DNA of 57,196 nt from a bacterium (GCA_029978085.1 JAPOJV010000003.1:1-57196), one strand, 5' to 3'; counted from the first letter of the stretch, positions 18,998 through 29,062 are shown. Numbers and translations: made by a program. The notes: a model not told the origin generated them from the sequence alone.

Positions 18998-21187
18998 ATG
19001 AACGCACTCATGTGGCCCGTCGCCGTCATGGCCCTTGCGTTGGCGGGGGGAGCGACGGCCGCCAATGCAGAGACAGCCACCGAGGCGTGGCGGATCGACG
19101 CAGGCTTCGCCGGCGTGTATCGCGCGGGCTCGTGGACGCCCGTGGTCGTGTCGCCGCACGATCCCGCGACGGCCAACGTCGGCGACACGATTCACGTGTG
19201 GGCCGAGGATGCGGATGGACAGTTCGTGCGGTCGCCCCCCGCCGCGCTCGCCGCCGTGCCAGGCCGCGAGACGCCGGCGGCTTGCGTCTGCCTGCGTGTG
19301 GGACGGCCGACTGGCCGCGTGCTCATCGAGCGGGTGACCTCCGGGGGCACGACCATGGCGGAGCAGAGTCTGCCCGCACCTCTGCCAGCCACCCAGCGGG
19401 TACTGCTCGTGCTCGGCGACGTGCCGGCGGCCCGTCGTGCTGCCCGCCTGCTCGGTGCAAACGAGGCGACGCGGATGCAGGCCGTGGAGATCGGCGATGC
19501 TGCGACCCGCGGACGGCTTGCGGCCGGTGCGGCGGGCCGCGACTTCGATGCCGCCGACGCGATCATCGTCTGCGGCCGCGACGTGGCGGTGCTCCCCGCC
19601 GACGCGATCGCCGGCATTGACGCCTGGGTGCGTGACGGTGGTCGGCTGGTGCTGGCGGCCGGCGCATCGGCCCGCGACCTGGAGCAGGGCGGGGGGCCGG
19701 CGGCGACCTGGCTGCCCGGACGCATCGAGCGGCTCGTGCCGCTCCGTCGGCTGGCGGCCCTCGAGGCCTACGCCCGCGCCGGCGGCCTCGCCTCACGGCC
19801 GATCCCGACCCCACTGCAGGTACCGCTCTTCGCCGACCGCAACGGGTTCGATGGGGTCGTCGATGCCTTCGACGGCGCAGCGGCCACCGACCTGCCGCTC
19901 GTGGTCAGGATGGCGCACGGCCTGGGCACGGTCACATGGCTCGGCATCGACCTCGAGACGGAGCCGTTCCGCGGCTGGCCGGGCGCCGACAGCCTGCTCC
20001 TCCGCCTGCTCGGCGAGCGGTCGCGCGACGGCGATGACGAACGCACCACCACCGCCACCGGGGGCGGGCCGCCGGACCTTGCCGCGCAGCTGCGGGTGGC
20101 TGTCGAGTCGGACGGTGACAGCGGGCGGATCGGCCCCGTGCCGTTCGAGGCCATCATCGGCCTCGGCCTTCTCTACGTGGCGTGTCTGTACCCACTCGAC
20201 TGGTGGCTCGTATCGCGGGGCCTCCGTCGCCCCTGGCTGGCCTGGGTCACGCTGCCGGTCGCGATCGCCGCGTTCACCGCCGTCGCCGCGATCAGCGGCC
20301 GCACCTGGCAGCCCAGCGAGCCGCTCACCTGCCGCGCCGCGGAGATCGTCGACATCGATGCCCGCTCGGGCCAGGTTCGGGGGGGGTCCTGGGCGGTCGC
20401 CTGGTGCCAAGACAATGGCAGCCTCGACGTAGCCCTTCCCACGGCGTCGCGGCAGGCGGCTGTATCGTGGTGGGCCGACGCCGGCCCCGGGTTCGGCGCG
20501 ATCGACGCGGCAACCGCCCATCCCTCGCTCGCGGCCCGCGACTACCGCTACGGCGCGTCCCTCGCCGCGCTCGAGTCCGTGCCCGTCGCGGCAGCGGCCG
20601 ATCGGCTCTTCGAGGCGGCGTGGACGGCGGCCAGCGGCACTGCGGCGGTCGTCACCTCCACGCTCACGCGCGACGCGCAGGGCGCCCTCGAGGGATCGAT
20701 CGCCCACCATCTGCCGTTCCCGCTCGAGGCCTGCCGCCTCGCCTCCGCCGGCTGGATCTACGACCTCGGGCGGCTCGCGGCTGGCGAAGCCTACGATCTG
20801 CAGCAGGGCAGGGGACCGCGGTCGCTCGCCAGCGCCCTGGCCCGCCGGGAGACGGTGCGGGAACGGGAGATCGCGCCTCGCTGGAATCCTGGTGAGAGCG
20901 ACGCGTTGCGGATCCTCGAGGTCGCCGGTTTTCATGCCGCGGCCGGCGGCCTGGCCTACACAGGCCTGCCGGCGGGGCGGCTGACGCGGCTCGATCTTTC
21001 GCCGCTGTTGGCCGTCGATCGAGCGGTGCTCTTCGGCACGGCCAGTGATCCACCGCCTGAATGGACGGCTGACTGGCAGATCCGTGAGGCCGGGGCTGGC
21101 GGAACGGCCGCCGCGGCGGTGAAGATGGCGGGCCGCCTCTATCGGATCGTGATTCCGCTGGCGGCTGCGGGAGACGCGGCGCGATGA
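18998..21187 (+). CDS. Large membrane-anchored hypothetical protein, ABC-transporter associated
   Basis: Signal peptide, WVRDGGRLVL segment, two central TM helices; ATGA-coupled to the ABC ATPase. Confidence 0.65.
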   Translation: MNALMWPVAVMALALAGGATAANAETATEAWRIDAGFAGVYRAGSWTPVVVSPHDPATANVGDTIHVWAEDADGQFVRSPPAALAAVPGRETPAACVCLRVGRPTGRVLIERVTSGGTTMAEQSLPAPLPATQRVLLVLGDVPAARRAARLLGANEATRMQAVEIGDAATRGRLAAGAAGRDFDAADAIIVCGRDVAVLPADAIAGIDAWVRDGGRLVLAAGASARDLEQGGGPAATWLPGRIERLVPLRRLAALEAYARAGGLASRPIPTPLQVPLFADRNGFDGVVDAFDGAAATDLPLVVRMAHGLGTVTWLGIDLETEPFRGWPGADSLLLRLLGERSRDGDDERTTTATGGGPPDLAAQLRVAVESDGDSGRIGPVPFEAIIGLGLLYVACLYPLDWWLVSRGLRRPWLAWVTLPVAIAAFTAVAAISGRTWQPSEPLTCRAAEIVDIDARSGQVRGGSWAVAWCQDNGSLDVALPTASRQAAVSWWADAGPGFGAIDAATAHPSLAARDYRYGASLAALESVPVAAAADRLFEAAWTAASGTAAVVTSTLTRDAQGALEGSIAHHLPFPLEACRLASAGWIYDLGRLAAGEAYDLQQGRGPRSLASALARRETVREREIAPRWNPGESDALRILEVAGFHAAAGGLAYTGLPAGRLTRLDLSPLLAVDRAVLFGTASDPPPEWTADWQIREAGAGGTAAAAVKMAGRLYRIVIPLAAAGDAAR

Positions 21188-22122
21188 TCGAAACGATCGA
21201 CCTCACAAAGAAGTACGGCGACTTCTGCGCCCTCGACTCGCTCGACCTGAAGCTGGCCGAGGGGGATCTGTTCGGCTTCATCGGCCCCAACGGCGCCGGG
21301 AAGACGACGACGATCCGAATTCTCTCCACGCTCCTGGCCCCGACCTGGGGCGAGGCCTACGTCTGCGGCCACTCGATCTACACGCACCCGCGGGAGATCC
21401 GCCGTGCGATCGGCTACATGCCCGACATCTTCGGCGTGTACGACGACATGCTCGTGATCGAATATCTGGAGTTCTTTGCCGCGGCGTATCGGATCGACGC
21501 GCCGGCCCGTCGCCCCGTGGCCGAGCGGTGCCTGGAGCTGGTCGATCTCACGGCAAAGCGGGACGAGCTCGTGACGAGCCTCTCCCGCGGCATGACGCAG
21601 CGGCTCGGGCTGGCCCGCGTGCTTCTCCACGATCCCCAGGTGCTCTTGCTCGACGAGCCGGCCAGCGGCCTCGATCCGCGGGCGCGGATCGAGATGCGGA
21701 ACCTCCTCAAGCGGCTCCAGGGGCTCGGCAAGACGATCCTCGTGTCGAGCCACATCCTTCCGGAGCTGGCCGACATCTGCAATCGCGTGGGCATCATCGA
21801 ATACGGCCGGCTGCTCGCCTGCGGCGACGTGCAGGACCTGCTGGCTCAGGTGCGCGGCCGACCGACGCTGCGAATCCGCGTGGCCGGCTCACCCGAGGCC
21901 GCGGCGAAGACGCTCGAAGGCTGCCCGGAGGCTGCCGGCATCGCCGTCCGCGACGGTGAACTCGTGGTGGCGCTCGCCGACGGCGTGACGGATCATTCGC
22001 CGCTTGCGGCGCGGCTCGTTGCCGCGGGCCACGGCCTCCTCGGCATGCGGGAGCAGGAGGTCAATCTCGAAACCGCGTTCCTCGAGCTCACCCGCGGCGC
22101 GCTCGCCAAACCCGCCGACTGA
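21184..22122 (+). CDS. ABC transporter ATP-binding protein
   Basis: GPNGAGKTT, LSRGMTQR, LLLDEP, SSHIL. Confidence 0.93.
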   Translation: MIETIDLTKKYGDFCALDSLDLKLAEGDLFGFIGPNGAGKTTTIRILSTLLAPTWGEAYVCGHSIYTHPREIRRAIGYMPDIFGVYDDMLVIEYLEFFAAAYRIDAPARRPVAERCLELVDLTAKRDELVTSLSRGMTQRLGLARVLLHDPQVLLLDEPASGLDPRARIEMRNLLKRLQGLGKTILVSSHILPELADICNRVGIIEYGRLLACGDVQDLLAQVRGRPTLRIRVAGSPEAAAKTLEGCPEAAGIAVRDGELVVALADGVTDHSPLAARLVAAGHGLLGMREQEVNLETAFLELTRGALAKPAD

Positions 22123-22172
22123 TCGCCTGCATGCCTGATCGCAGCAGCACCTTTTTCCGGAGGATCGAATCC

Positions 22173-22994
22173 ATGCGTCTGCCATTCGCCTGCCTGCGGC
22201 ACGGTCTCGCCGCGTGCCTGCTGATCACGCTGATCGCCGCGCCGCTGGCCACACCGGCTGGCGCCGCCGACACCGATGTCGAGCCGATCGCGCCGCCGGC
22301 AGCGCCGGCAGCCCAGCCGCCGAAGCAGCCTGACGCGCCGCTGGCCACGCCCGCGCAGCAGCTCGGCTACGCGCTCGGCTATCGCATCGGCGGGCGAATC
22401 GTGGCCGACCACAAGTCGCTCGACATGGCGATCGACGAGCAGGCGCTTGCCCGCGGCCTCGCCGACGCCGTGCTGGGCGCCGCGCCGCAGCTCGACGAGC
22501 CAGGGCTTCGCGCCGTGCTGGCTGCATTCGAGACGGCGATGCAGAAGAAGCAGCAGGAGTTCATGGCCCGCATGGCTGCGGCGGCCAAGACGAATCTGGA
22601 GACAGGTCGCGAGTTCCTCGTGGCCAACGGCCGCCGCAAGGGGGTCACGACGCTGCCGAGCGGCCTGCAATATGAGGTGCTCACGCAGGGCACCGGCCCG
22701 CAGCCCGGAGCCGATGACCTCGTCTTCGCCCGCTACAAAGGCACGCACATCGACGGTCGGGAGTTCGACAGCACCGATCCTGCCGGCGAGCCGGCCTCGT
22801 TTCCGCTGCGGGGCGTGGTGCCGGGCTGGCAGGAGGCCCTTCCGCTGATGAAGGCGGGGTCGAAGTGGCGGATTTACCTCCCGCCGGACCTCGGCTACGG
22901 GGAGGAGGGCTCGCCCCCGGCGATCGAGCCGAACGAGGTGCTCGTCTTCGAAATCGAGCTGGTTCGCAGCGAAAAGCCCCCATCCAAGCCCTGA
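22173..22994 (+). CDS. FKBP-type peptidyl-prolyl isomerase (FkpA/Mip-like)
   Basis: GGAGG RBS; signal peptide; LPSGLQYEVL, YKG..IDGREFDS, VVPGWQEAL, LVFEIEL. Confidence 0.92.
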   Translation: MRLPFACLRHGLAACLLITLIAAPLATPAGAADTDVEPIAPPAAPAAQPPKQPDAPLATPAQQLGYALGYRIGGRIVADHKSLDMAIDEQALARGLADAVLGAAPQLDEPGLRAVLAAFETAMQKKQQEFMARMAAAAKTNLETGREFLVANGRRKGVTTLPSGLQYEVLTQGTGPQPGADDLVFARYKGTHIDGREFDSTDPAGEPASFPLRGVVPGWQEALPLMKAGSKWRIYLPPDLGYGEEGSPPAIEPNEVLVFEIELVRSEKPPSKP

Positions 22995-23086
22995 GCGCGA
23001 GCGACGGGATCCCGCGGCGGAAGCCGCGAACGCGTGGCCCCGCCCCCACGCCCCCGAATGAAACCGGAATAAATTGCCTAGGTTTC

Positions 23087-23114
23087 TTGATTTACCTAAC
23101 CCGCAAACTATGTT
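23087..23114 (+). promoter_or_regulatory. Putative sigma70-type promoter
   Basis: TTGATT-N16-TATGTT in an AT-rich patch upstream of the TIGR03000 gene. Confidence 0.35.
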
Positions 23115-23197
23115 TGGGGGCTATTGAGCGTCCCTCGCCCGGAAGCGTTTCGGGGCCGGCGACGTCGTCACGGGCAATTTTCACCGGAGAAGATCGA

Positions 23198-24307
23198 ATG
23201 TTGGCGCAGCGTCGTGGGTTGCGGGTTGCCGGAGTGATCACGTTCGTTGCCGTCGCCGCGACGGCCTGCGACGTGCACGCCGGGTGGAATCATCGTCAGC
23301 GGGCCTATGGCTCGTCGGGCGGAAGCTATGGCTCGTCCGGTGGCAGCTACGGCGGATCGTCCGGCGGCAGCTCCGGCGGTTCTTCGGGCGGCTCGTCTGG
23401 TGGTTCTTCGGGCGGCAGCTACGGCAGCTACGGCTCGTCGGGCGGCTCGTATGGCTCGGCCGGCTCGCACGGTGGCTGGGGCTCGCACCATGCCTACAAG
23501 CGGGCGATGCGTGCCTATCGCCACGGGAGCTACGGCTCGTCGGGTGGTTCGTCCGGCGGATCGTCGGGCGGCTCTTACAGCACCAGCTATTACGGCAGCT
23601 ACGGCTCCTCGGGCGGCGGCTCCTCGGGCGGTTCCTCGGGTGGCTCGTACGGCGGCTACGCCGCCCCGGCCTACTCGTCGGGCATGCCGATCGAGTCGTA
23701 CCGCGTGCTCAACGAGACACCCTCGATGACCGGCGGCGAGATCATCGGCACGCCGGCGGCCACCGACTCGACGCAGGTCGAGAGCGTGCCGGCCGACGCA
23801 GCCCTGCTCGTGGTCGAGGTGCCGACCGGCGCCACGATCTTCGTGAACGGCACGGAGACGAAGTCGACCGGCACCGTGCGGCGGTTCATGTCCCGCGGCC
23901 TCGTGGCCGGCAAGCAGTATGACTTCGCGGTGAAGATGACCGTCGATCGCGACGGTACCCCCGCCGAGGAGACGAAGGTCGTGTCGGTCACCGCCGGTGA
24001 GCGTTCGACCGTGTCGTTCACGGCCGCCCCGAAGACGAGCCTCACGCTCCGCGTGCCCGCCGACGCGAAGGTGTGGCTGGCCGGCAACGCCACTGGCGCC
24101 GCCGGCACGGTCCGCCACTTCGAGACCGCCGGCCTCCAGGCCGGGCAGTCGTGGAAGAACTACGAGATCCGCGTCACGGCCGTCGTCGACGGCAGTGAGC
24201 AGACGATCTCGAAGGTGATCGACCTCGCCGCCGGCGACCAGATCGAGCTCGCGCTCGATCCTGCCCAGCGGGTCGCCTCGGCCGACGCCACCGCCTCGCT
24301 GCGGTAA
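23198..24307 (+). CDS. Secreted TIGR03000-domain protein (two domains) with Gly/Ser/Tyr repeats
   Basis: Signal peptide; GSSG/GSYG repeats; two copies of the VP..A.(I/V)...G..T...GTVR.F....L..G..Y pattern. Confidence 0.85.
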   Translation: MLAQRRGLRVAGVITFVAVAATACDVHAGWNHRQRAYGSSGGSYGSSGGSYGGSSGGSSGGSSGGSSGGSSGGSYGSYGSSGGSYGSAGSHGGWGSHHAYKRAMRAYRHGSYGSSGGSSGGSSGGSYSTSYYGSYGSSGGGSSGGSSGGSYGGYAAPAYSSGMPIESYRVLNETPSMTGGEIIGTPAATDSTQVESVPADAALLVVEVPTGATIFVNGTETKSTGTVRRFMSRGLVAGKQYDFAVKMTVDRDGTPAEETKVVSVTAGERSTVSFTAAPKTSLTLRVPADAKVWLAGNATGAAGTVRHFETAGLQAGQSWKNYEIRVTAVVDGSEQTISKVIDLAAGDQIELALDPAQRVASADATASLR

Positions 24308-24340
24308 GCGTTCCGAGACAAGGACATCACGTGACGATTC

Positions 24341-24381
24341 CTGCACCCGTGCGGCGTGAGCCGCACGGGTGCAGTGCTTTT
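24341..24381 (+). terminator. Probable intrinsic terminator
   Basis: Perfect 15-bp stem ctgcacccgtgcggc-GTGA-gccgcacgggtgcag followed by tgctttt. Confidence 0.65.
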
Positions 24382-24388
24382 GGCGCTG

Positions 24389-24520
24389 GTAGCCCGGCCC
24401 CGGTAGCCCTGTCACGCCGTGACCGGAAAACCTGTCACGGCGTGACAGGGCCACACCGGAAAACCTGTCACGGCGTGACAGGACCACACCGAAAAACCTG
24501 TCACGGCGTGACAGGGCCAC
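24389..24520. repeat. REP cluster 2 with a 33-bp tandem expansion
   Basis: GTAGCCCTGTCACGCCGTGACCGG, then three CCTGTCACGGCGTGACAGG(G/A)CCAC units at 24431, 24464 and 24497. Confidence 0.85.
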
Positions 24521-24645
24521 CTGACGCCTCCCCGTATCGCCTGTGCGGGTTGTAGGGCCCGCGCCGTATGGGCAATCGTGACCTACGGTTCCCAAGAGCG
24601 GCCGGTGAACCCACACCGCCCGACGATCCGATCACGATCTCAACC

Positions 24646-25257
24646 ATGTCCGCCCCGCGCACCGCCGCCGTTGTATCCGCGCCGCACGACCGAGGCTGGC
24701 CTGCGGCCGCGCGACTCGCCGCGTCGATCGCGATCCTCGTCTACCTCGCCGCCGTGATCGTGCCGCCGCTCGCTGGGCCGCCGCCAGCGAGCGAACTGGC
24801 CGGCCGACTCATGCAGCCGCTCCGGCCACTCGTCGGGCTCTTGTATCTCGGCCACGGCTATCGGTTCTTCGCCCCCAATCCCGGTCCGGGGCACACGATC
24901 CGCTGGTCGATGCAGTTCGCCGATGGCTCCACCCGCTCCGGATCGATTCCCGATCGCGACGGCGACTGGCCACGGCTCCTCTACCACCGACGGTTCATGG
25001 TGGCCGAGAAGATCGCCGCCCTCGTGCCCCCTCCAGACGCACCCGAAGGCGTGCAGTTCGCGGCCCGCCAAGACTGGCAGCCGCTCGTGAAGGGCGTGGC
25101 GGGGAACCTTCTCGCCGCGCACGGCGGCGCGCAGGTGCGGCTCGAGATGGTCGAGCACTTTCTGCCGGGCCCCGACGACGTCCTCCAGCAGAAGTCGGAG
25201 CCCGATCTCGTCACGCCACTCGGCACCTACGCCCGCCTGAAGGGCAGGGGACCATGA
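24646..25257 (+). CDS. SdpA/DUF5819-like membrane-anchored protein
   Basis: One N-terminal TM helix followed by YLGHGYRFFAPNPGP; ATGA-coupled to the HTTM gene. Confidence 0.55.
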   Translation: MSAPRTAAVVSAPHDRGWPAAARLAASIAILVYLAAVIVPPLAGPPPASELAGRLMQPLRPLVGLLYLGHGYRFFAPNPGPGHTIRWSMQFADGSTRSGSIPDRDGDWPRLLYHRRFMVAEKIAALVPPPDAPEGVQFAARQDWQPLVKGVAGNLLAAHGGAQVRLEMVEHFLPGPDDVLQQKSEPDLVTPLGTYARLKGRGP

Positions 25258-26252
25258 CACGCCAGCCTTTCGATCATCGCGGTGCCGCGTTGGACGATGT
25301 CGCCTCCGAGCCGTGGGGCCGCGCCTGGCTCCGGTCGTGGAACGCATTCTGGTTCACGCCGGCTGATCCGCTCCCGCTCGCGGTCGTGCGCATCGCCACC
25401 GGCCTGTTGCTCGCCTGGTCATGCTGCGTGTGGCTCCGCGATGCCGACGCCTTCTTCGGTCCCGGCGGCTGGCTGCCCGCCCACGAGGTCTGGCGGATGA
25501 ACGACCAGCCCTGGCAGTGGAGCTGGTTCTTCGCCGCTTCGTCCCCCACGGCCGTCCGCGTGCTCATCGGCATCACACTCGCCGCCGCCGTGCTCCTCAC
25601 GCTCGGCCTTGCCACCCGGCTGGCCGCGGTGGTGGCCCTGGCCGGGCTCGTCAGCGCGGCCAACCGTACCCCGCTCAATGTGTTCGGCTTCGACGACACG
25701 CTCGGCCTGCTCTTGATCCCGCTCGTGGTGGGGCCGGCCGGTGCCTGCCTCTCGCTCGACCACCGGTTCGGGCTCACCGCCGCGACGCCCTCGGTCGGGG
25801 CGGCCATCGCCCTGCGGCTCCTGCAGGTGCAGCTCTGCGTGGTCTATTTCTTCTCCGGCTGCGGCAAAATGTTCGGTGCCAGCTGGTGGGAGGGCACTGC
25901 CCTCTGGGGGGCCGTCGCCAACGTGCAGTACCGCACGCTCGACCTCACCGGGCTGGCCCGGCACCCACTTGTGACGAACGCCCTCACGCTGGGTACGCTG
26001 GTGTGGGAGGTCGCCTACCCGGCCATCGTTTGGCCGCGGCTCACCCGCCGGCTCGCGCTGGCGATGGCCGTGGTCGTTCACCTGGGCATCGGCCTCGCGA
26101 TGGGCATGCTGGAGTTCGGTCTGGCCATGATCACGGCCAACCTCGCCTTCGTGCCCGCCGCCACCTGGCGGTCCCTCGCCCGTACCTGCCTCACGTCCCC
26201 GTCTCGTCCTGCCGCACGTTTTTCAGAAAGGTCATCCGCAGGTTCTCCATGA
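25254..26252 (+). CDS. HTTM-domain (SdpB-like) membrane protein
   Basis: WNAFWFTP..P.PLAVVRI, LRLLQVQLCVVYFFSG..K...W.EG.AL, HLGIGLAMG. Confidence 0.85.
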   Translation: MTRQPFDHRGAALDDVASEPWGRAWLRSWNAFWFTPADPLPLAVVRIATGLLLAWSCCVWLRDADAFFGPGGWLPAHEVWRMNDQPWQWSWFFAASSPTAVRVLIGITLAAAVLLTLGLATRLAAVVALAGLVSAANRTPLNVFGFDDTLGLLLIPLVVGPAGACLSLDHRFGLTAATPSVGAAIALRLLQVQLCVVYFFSGCGKMFGASWWEGTALWGAVANVQYRTLDLTGLARHPLVTNALTLGTLVWEVAYPAIVWPRLTRRLALAMAVVVHLGIGLAMGMLEFGLAMITANLAFVPAATWRSLARTCLTSPSRPAARFSERSSAGSP

Positions 26253-27265
26253 TCGACACGCTTGCAGTGGTCGGCGCCACCGGCGCCGTGGGCCGAATCA
26301 TCGTCGATATGCTCGTGGCCCGGAAATTTCCGGCGCGGCGGATCAAGCTGCTCGCCTCGGCGCGGTCGGCCGGCAAGCCGATGACGGTCGGCGGCACGAG
26401 CTTCGACGTGGAAGAGATGCGGCCCGAGTCATTCGCGGGCGTCGACATCGCGATCGGCAGCACGCCCGACGAAGTGGCGGCCGAGTTCGTGCCGTGGGCG
26501 GTGGAGCGGGGCACGGTGGTCGTCGACGAGAGCGCGTTCTACCGCATGAACCCCGACGTGCCGCTCGTGATTCCGGAGGTGAACCCGGAGGCGATCGCCA
26601 CGCACAAGGGGATCATCGCCAGCCCCAACTGTTCGACCACGCAGATGGTGATGGTGATGAAGCCGCTGCATGACGCCGCGAGGGTGAAGCGGGTGATCGT
26701 GAGCACGTATCAGGCCGTGAGCGGCGCGGGCCTCGCCGCCACCGACGAGCTCAAGCAGGCCAGCCAGGGCTGGCTCGCAGGGGCCGCCGAACCGCGGCAG
26801 GTGTTTCCGCATCCGATCGCCGCCAATCTCATCCCGCAGATCGGCTCGCCGAAGCCCAACGCGTTCACGAGCGAAGAGATGAAGATGGTGCTCGAGACGC
26901 GAAAGATCCTCGGCGACGAGTCGATCCAGGTGAGCCCCACGTGCGTGCGGGTGCCGGTCGCCAACGGCCACAGCGAGTCGATCCTGATCGAGACGGAGAA
27001 GAAGCTCACGGCCGACGAGGCTCGGCGGCTGCTCGCTGGCTTTCCGGGCATCGTCGTCGTGGACGATCTCGGGGCGAAGCAGTATCCGATGCCGCGGCAA
27101 TGCAGCGGTCGCGACGAGGTGTTCGTGGGCCGCATCCGCGAAGACATCTCGTGCCCCACCGGCATCGCCCTGTGGTGCGTGTCCGACAACCTGCGGAAGG
27201 GGGCGGCCACCAACGCGGTGCAGATCGCCGAACTGCTCGCCACCCGCGGCGCGAGCCGCACGTGA
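26249..27265 (+). CDS. asd: Aspartate-semialdehyde dehydrogenase
   Basis: VGATGAVG, SPNCST, TYQAVSGAG, CVRVPV..GHSE, DNLRKGAATNAVQIAE. Confidence 0.95.
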   Translation: MIDTLAVVGATGAVGRIIVDMLVARKFPARRIKLLASARSAGKPMTVGGTSFDVEEMRPESFAGVDIAIGSTPDEVAAEFVPWAVERGTVVVDESAFYRMNPDVPLVIPEVNPEAIATHKGIIASPNCSTTQMVMVMKPLHDAARVKRVIVSTYQAVSGAGLAATDELKQASQGWLAGAAEPRQVFPHPIAANLIPQIGSPKPNAFTSEEMKMVLETRKILGDESIQVSPTCVRVPVANGHSESILIETEKKLTADEARRLLAGFPGIVVVDDLGAKQYPMPRQCSGRDEVFVGRIREDISCPTGIALWCVSDNLRKGAATNAVQIAELLATRGASRT

Positions 27266-27278
27266 GCGGCCTGCAGCC

Positions 27279-28079
27279 ATGACGAGGCGGATCGGCCTGC
27301 GGCTCGCCTACGAGGGCACTCGCTACTCGGGCTGGCAGATCCAGCCCGAGCGGCAGACGGTGCAGGGGAGTGTGACCGCGGCCGTCCGCGAGGTGTCGGG
27401 CGAGGACGTGCTCGTCCGCGGGTCGAGCCGCACCGACGCGGGCGTGCATGCGCTCGATCAGGTGGCCGCCTTCACGAGCGAACGGGAGTTTTCGGCGGAC
27501 GTCTGGGGCAGGGCCCTGAACGCGAAGCTGCCCGCCGACATCACCGTCGTGGCGTCGCGGGAGGTGGCCCCCGAGTTCGATCCCGTCGCGGCGGCCCGCC
27601 GCAAGCGGTACCGCTATCGAATTCACGACGCCGTCTGGAAGCCCGTGCTCGCTCGGCCGTTCGTCTGGCGGTGGCGGGGCCGGCTCGACGCCTCGGCCAT
27701 GCACGCAGCCGCAGCGGCGCTCGTGGGCGAGCACGATTTCACCAGCTTCGAGACCACCCCCTCCACACGCCTTTCGAAAGTGCGCACAATCCATGCTCTC
27801 TCGGTCTTCAGGCCCGCGCCTGCAGACGCCCCCGGCGCTGCCGAGGTGTGGATCGAGGTCGAGGGGAACGGGTTCCTCCATAACATGGTGCGGATCATCG
27901 CCGGCTCGCTGGTGATGGTGGGCGCCGGCCGGAGGCCGCCCGAGTGGCTCGCCGAGGCGCTGGCGGCGCGACGCCGGCCCGCGGCTGGGCCGACGGCGCC
28001 CCCCGAGGGTCTCGTGCTCGTACAGACAACGCTGGATCCCACCGCATGGCCCGACTCCCCGAACAGATCGGCCCCCTGA
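27279..28079 (+). CDS. truA: tRNA pseudouridine(38-40) synthase
   Basis: YEGTRYSGWQ, SRTDAGVHA, GEHDFTSF, GFLHNMVR. Confidence 0.95.
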   Translation: MTRRIGLRLAYEGTRYSGWQIQPERQTVQGSVTAAVREVSGEDVLVRGSSRTDAGVHALDQVAAFTSEREFSADVWGRALNAKLPADITVVASREVAPEFDPVAAARRKRYRYRIHDAVWKPVLARPFVWRWRGRLDASAMHAAAAALVGEHDFTSFETTPSTRLSKVRTIHALSVFRPAPADAPGAAEVWIEVEGNGFLHNMVRIIAGSLVMVGAGRRPPEWLAEALAARRRPAAGPTAPPEGLVLVQTTLDPTAWPDSPNRSAP

Positions 28080-28888
28080 AGCTCGTGCAGCAGCTGGGCG
28101 TCGGGCGCCACTGCCAGATCTGGGAGGCCCGCGACGGCGCGGCGGCCCGGCCCGTGGCCGTGAAGGTGGTCGTTCCCGACATGGCGGCCGACCCGGTGCA
28201 ACGCAAACTGCTCACGCATGAGTTCAAGGTGCTCAAGTCGCTCGACCATCCGACGGTGATCCGGGCCGACCGGGTGTCGGAGGAGGGGGGCCTGCCGCAT
28301 CTCGTGCTGGAGCTGTTTCCCCACGCCAACCTCAAGAAGCAGATCGCTGCGGGCGTGGAGTCACTCGCCCCGCGGCTGCAGCGGATCGTCACGGAGATGG
28401 CGCTGGCGCTCGATCATGTGCATGCCCGCGGCTGGGTGCACCGCGACGTGAAGCCCGACAATGTGCTGGCGGCGGCCGACGGCCAGGTGAAGCTGATCGA
28501 CCTCGCGATCGCGACGAAGTCAGCCGGGCTGTTGGGGAAGCTGCTCAGCGGCGGCACGAAGGCCCAGGGCTCGCCGAGCTACATGCCGCCGGAGCAGATT
28601 CGCGGCCAGGCCCTCGACGCCCGCTCCGACATCTACTCGTTCGGCTGCGTGCTCTTCGAGCTACTCGCGGGCCGGCCGCCGTATGCGGCCCCGACGGCCA
28701 ACGAAATCCTCAACATGCACGTCTCGGCCCCGGTGCCCTCGATCAACGCGTTCAACCGCAACGCCACGACGAGCGTGTCGGAGTTTCTGCGGCAGCTGCT
28801 CGCCAAAAAGCCGTCGGCCCGCCCGGGCTCGATGAAGGAGGTGCTGAAGCAGCTCCGCAGCATCCGCCTGCTCGAAAAGCTCGGCTGA
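28046..28888 (+). CDS. Hanks-type Ser/Thr protein kinase (catalytic domain only)
   Basis: VAVK, HRDVKPDN, DLA in place of DFG, YMPPEQ, DIYSFG. Confidence 0.9.
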   Translation: MARLPEQIGPLKLVQQLGVGRHCQIWEARDGAAARPVAVKVVVPDMAADPVQRKLLTHEFKVLKSLDHPTVIRADRVSEEGGLPHLVLELFPHANLKKQIAAGVESLAPRLQRIVTEMALALDHVHARGWVHRDVKPDNVLAAADGQVKLIDLAIATKSAGLLGKLLSGGTKAQGSPSYMPPEQIRGQALDARSDIYSFGCVLFELLAGRPPYAAPTANEILNMHVSAPVPSINAFNRNATTSVSEFLRQLLAKKPSARPGSMKEVLKQLRSIRLLEKLG

Positions 28889-28891
28889 CCG

Positions 28892-28977
28892 GTAGCCCGG
28901 TCACGCCGTGACCGGAAACAACAAGTCACGGCGTGACTTGCCTACCGTAGCCCGGTCACGCCGTGACCGGAAACAAC
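28892..28977. repeat. REP cluster 3
   Basis: GTAGCCCGGTCACGCCGTGACCGG-aaacaa-CAAGTCACGGCGTGACTTGCCTAC, then a second GTAGCCCGG unit. Confidence 0.85.
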
Positions 28978-29062
28978 GCCCCTCCGTCTTCGCATTGACG
29001 CGGGCGGGCCCAGCCGGGGAAAATCCTGGCCTCCGTCCCCGAACCCGTGAGGCTCTCTCCCG

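Noticed and set aside
24431-24520. CRISPR-like array of palindromic repeats
   Set aside because: The linkers are only ~9 bp and nearly identical, no cas genes are present, and the same unit is dispersed elsewhere as a REP.
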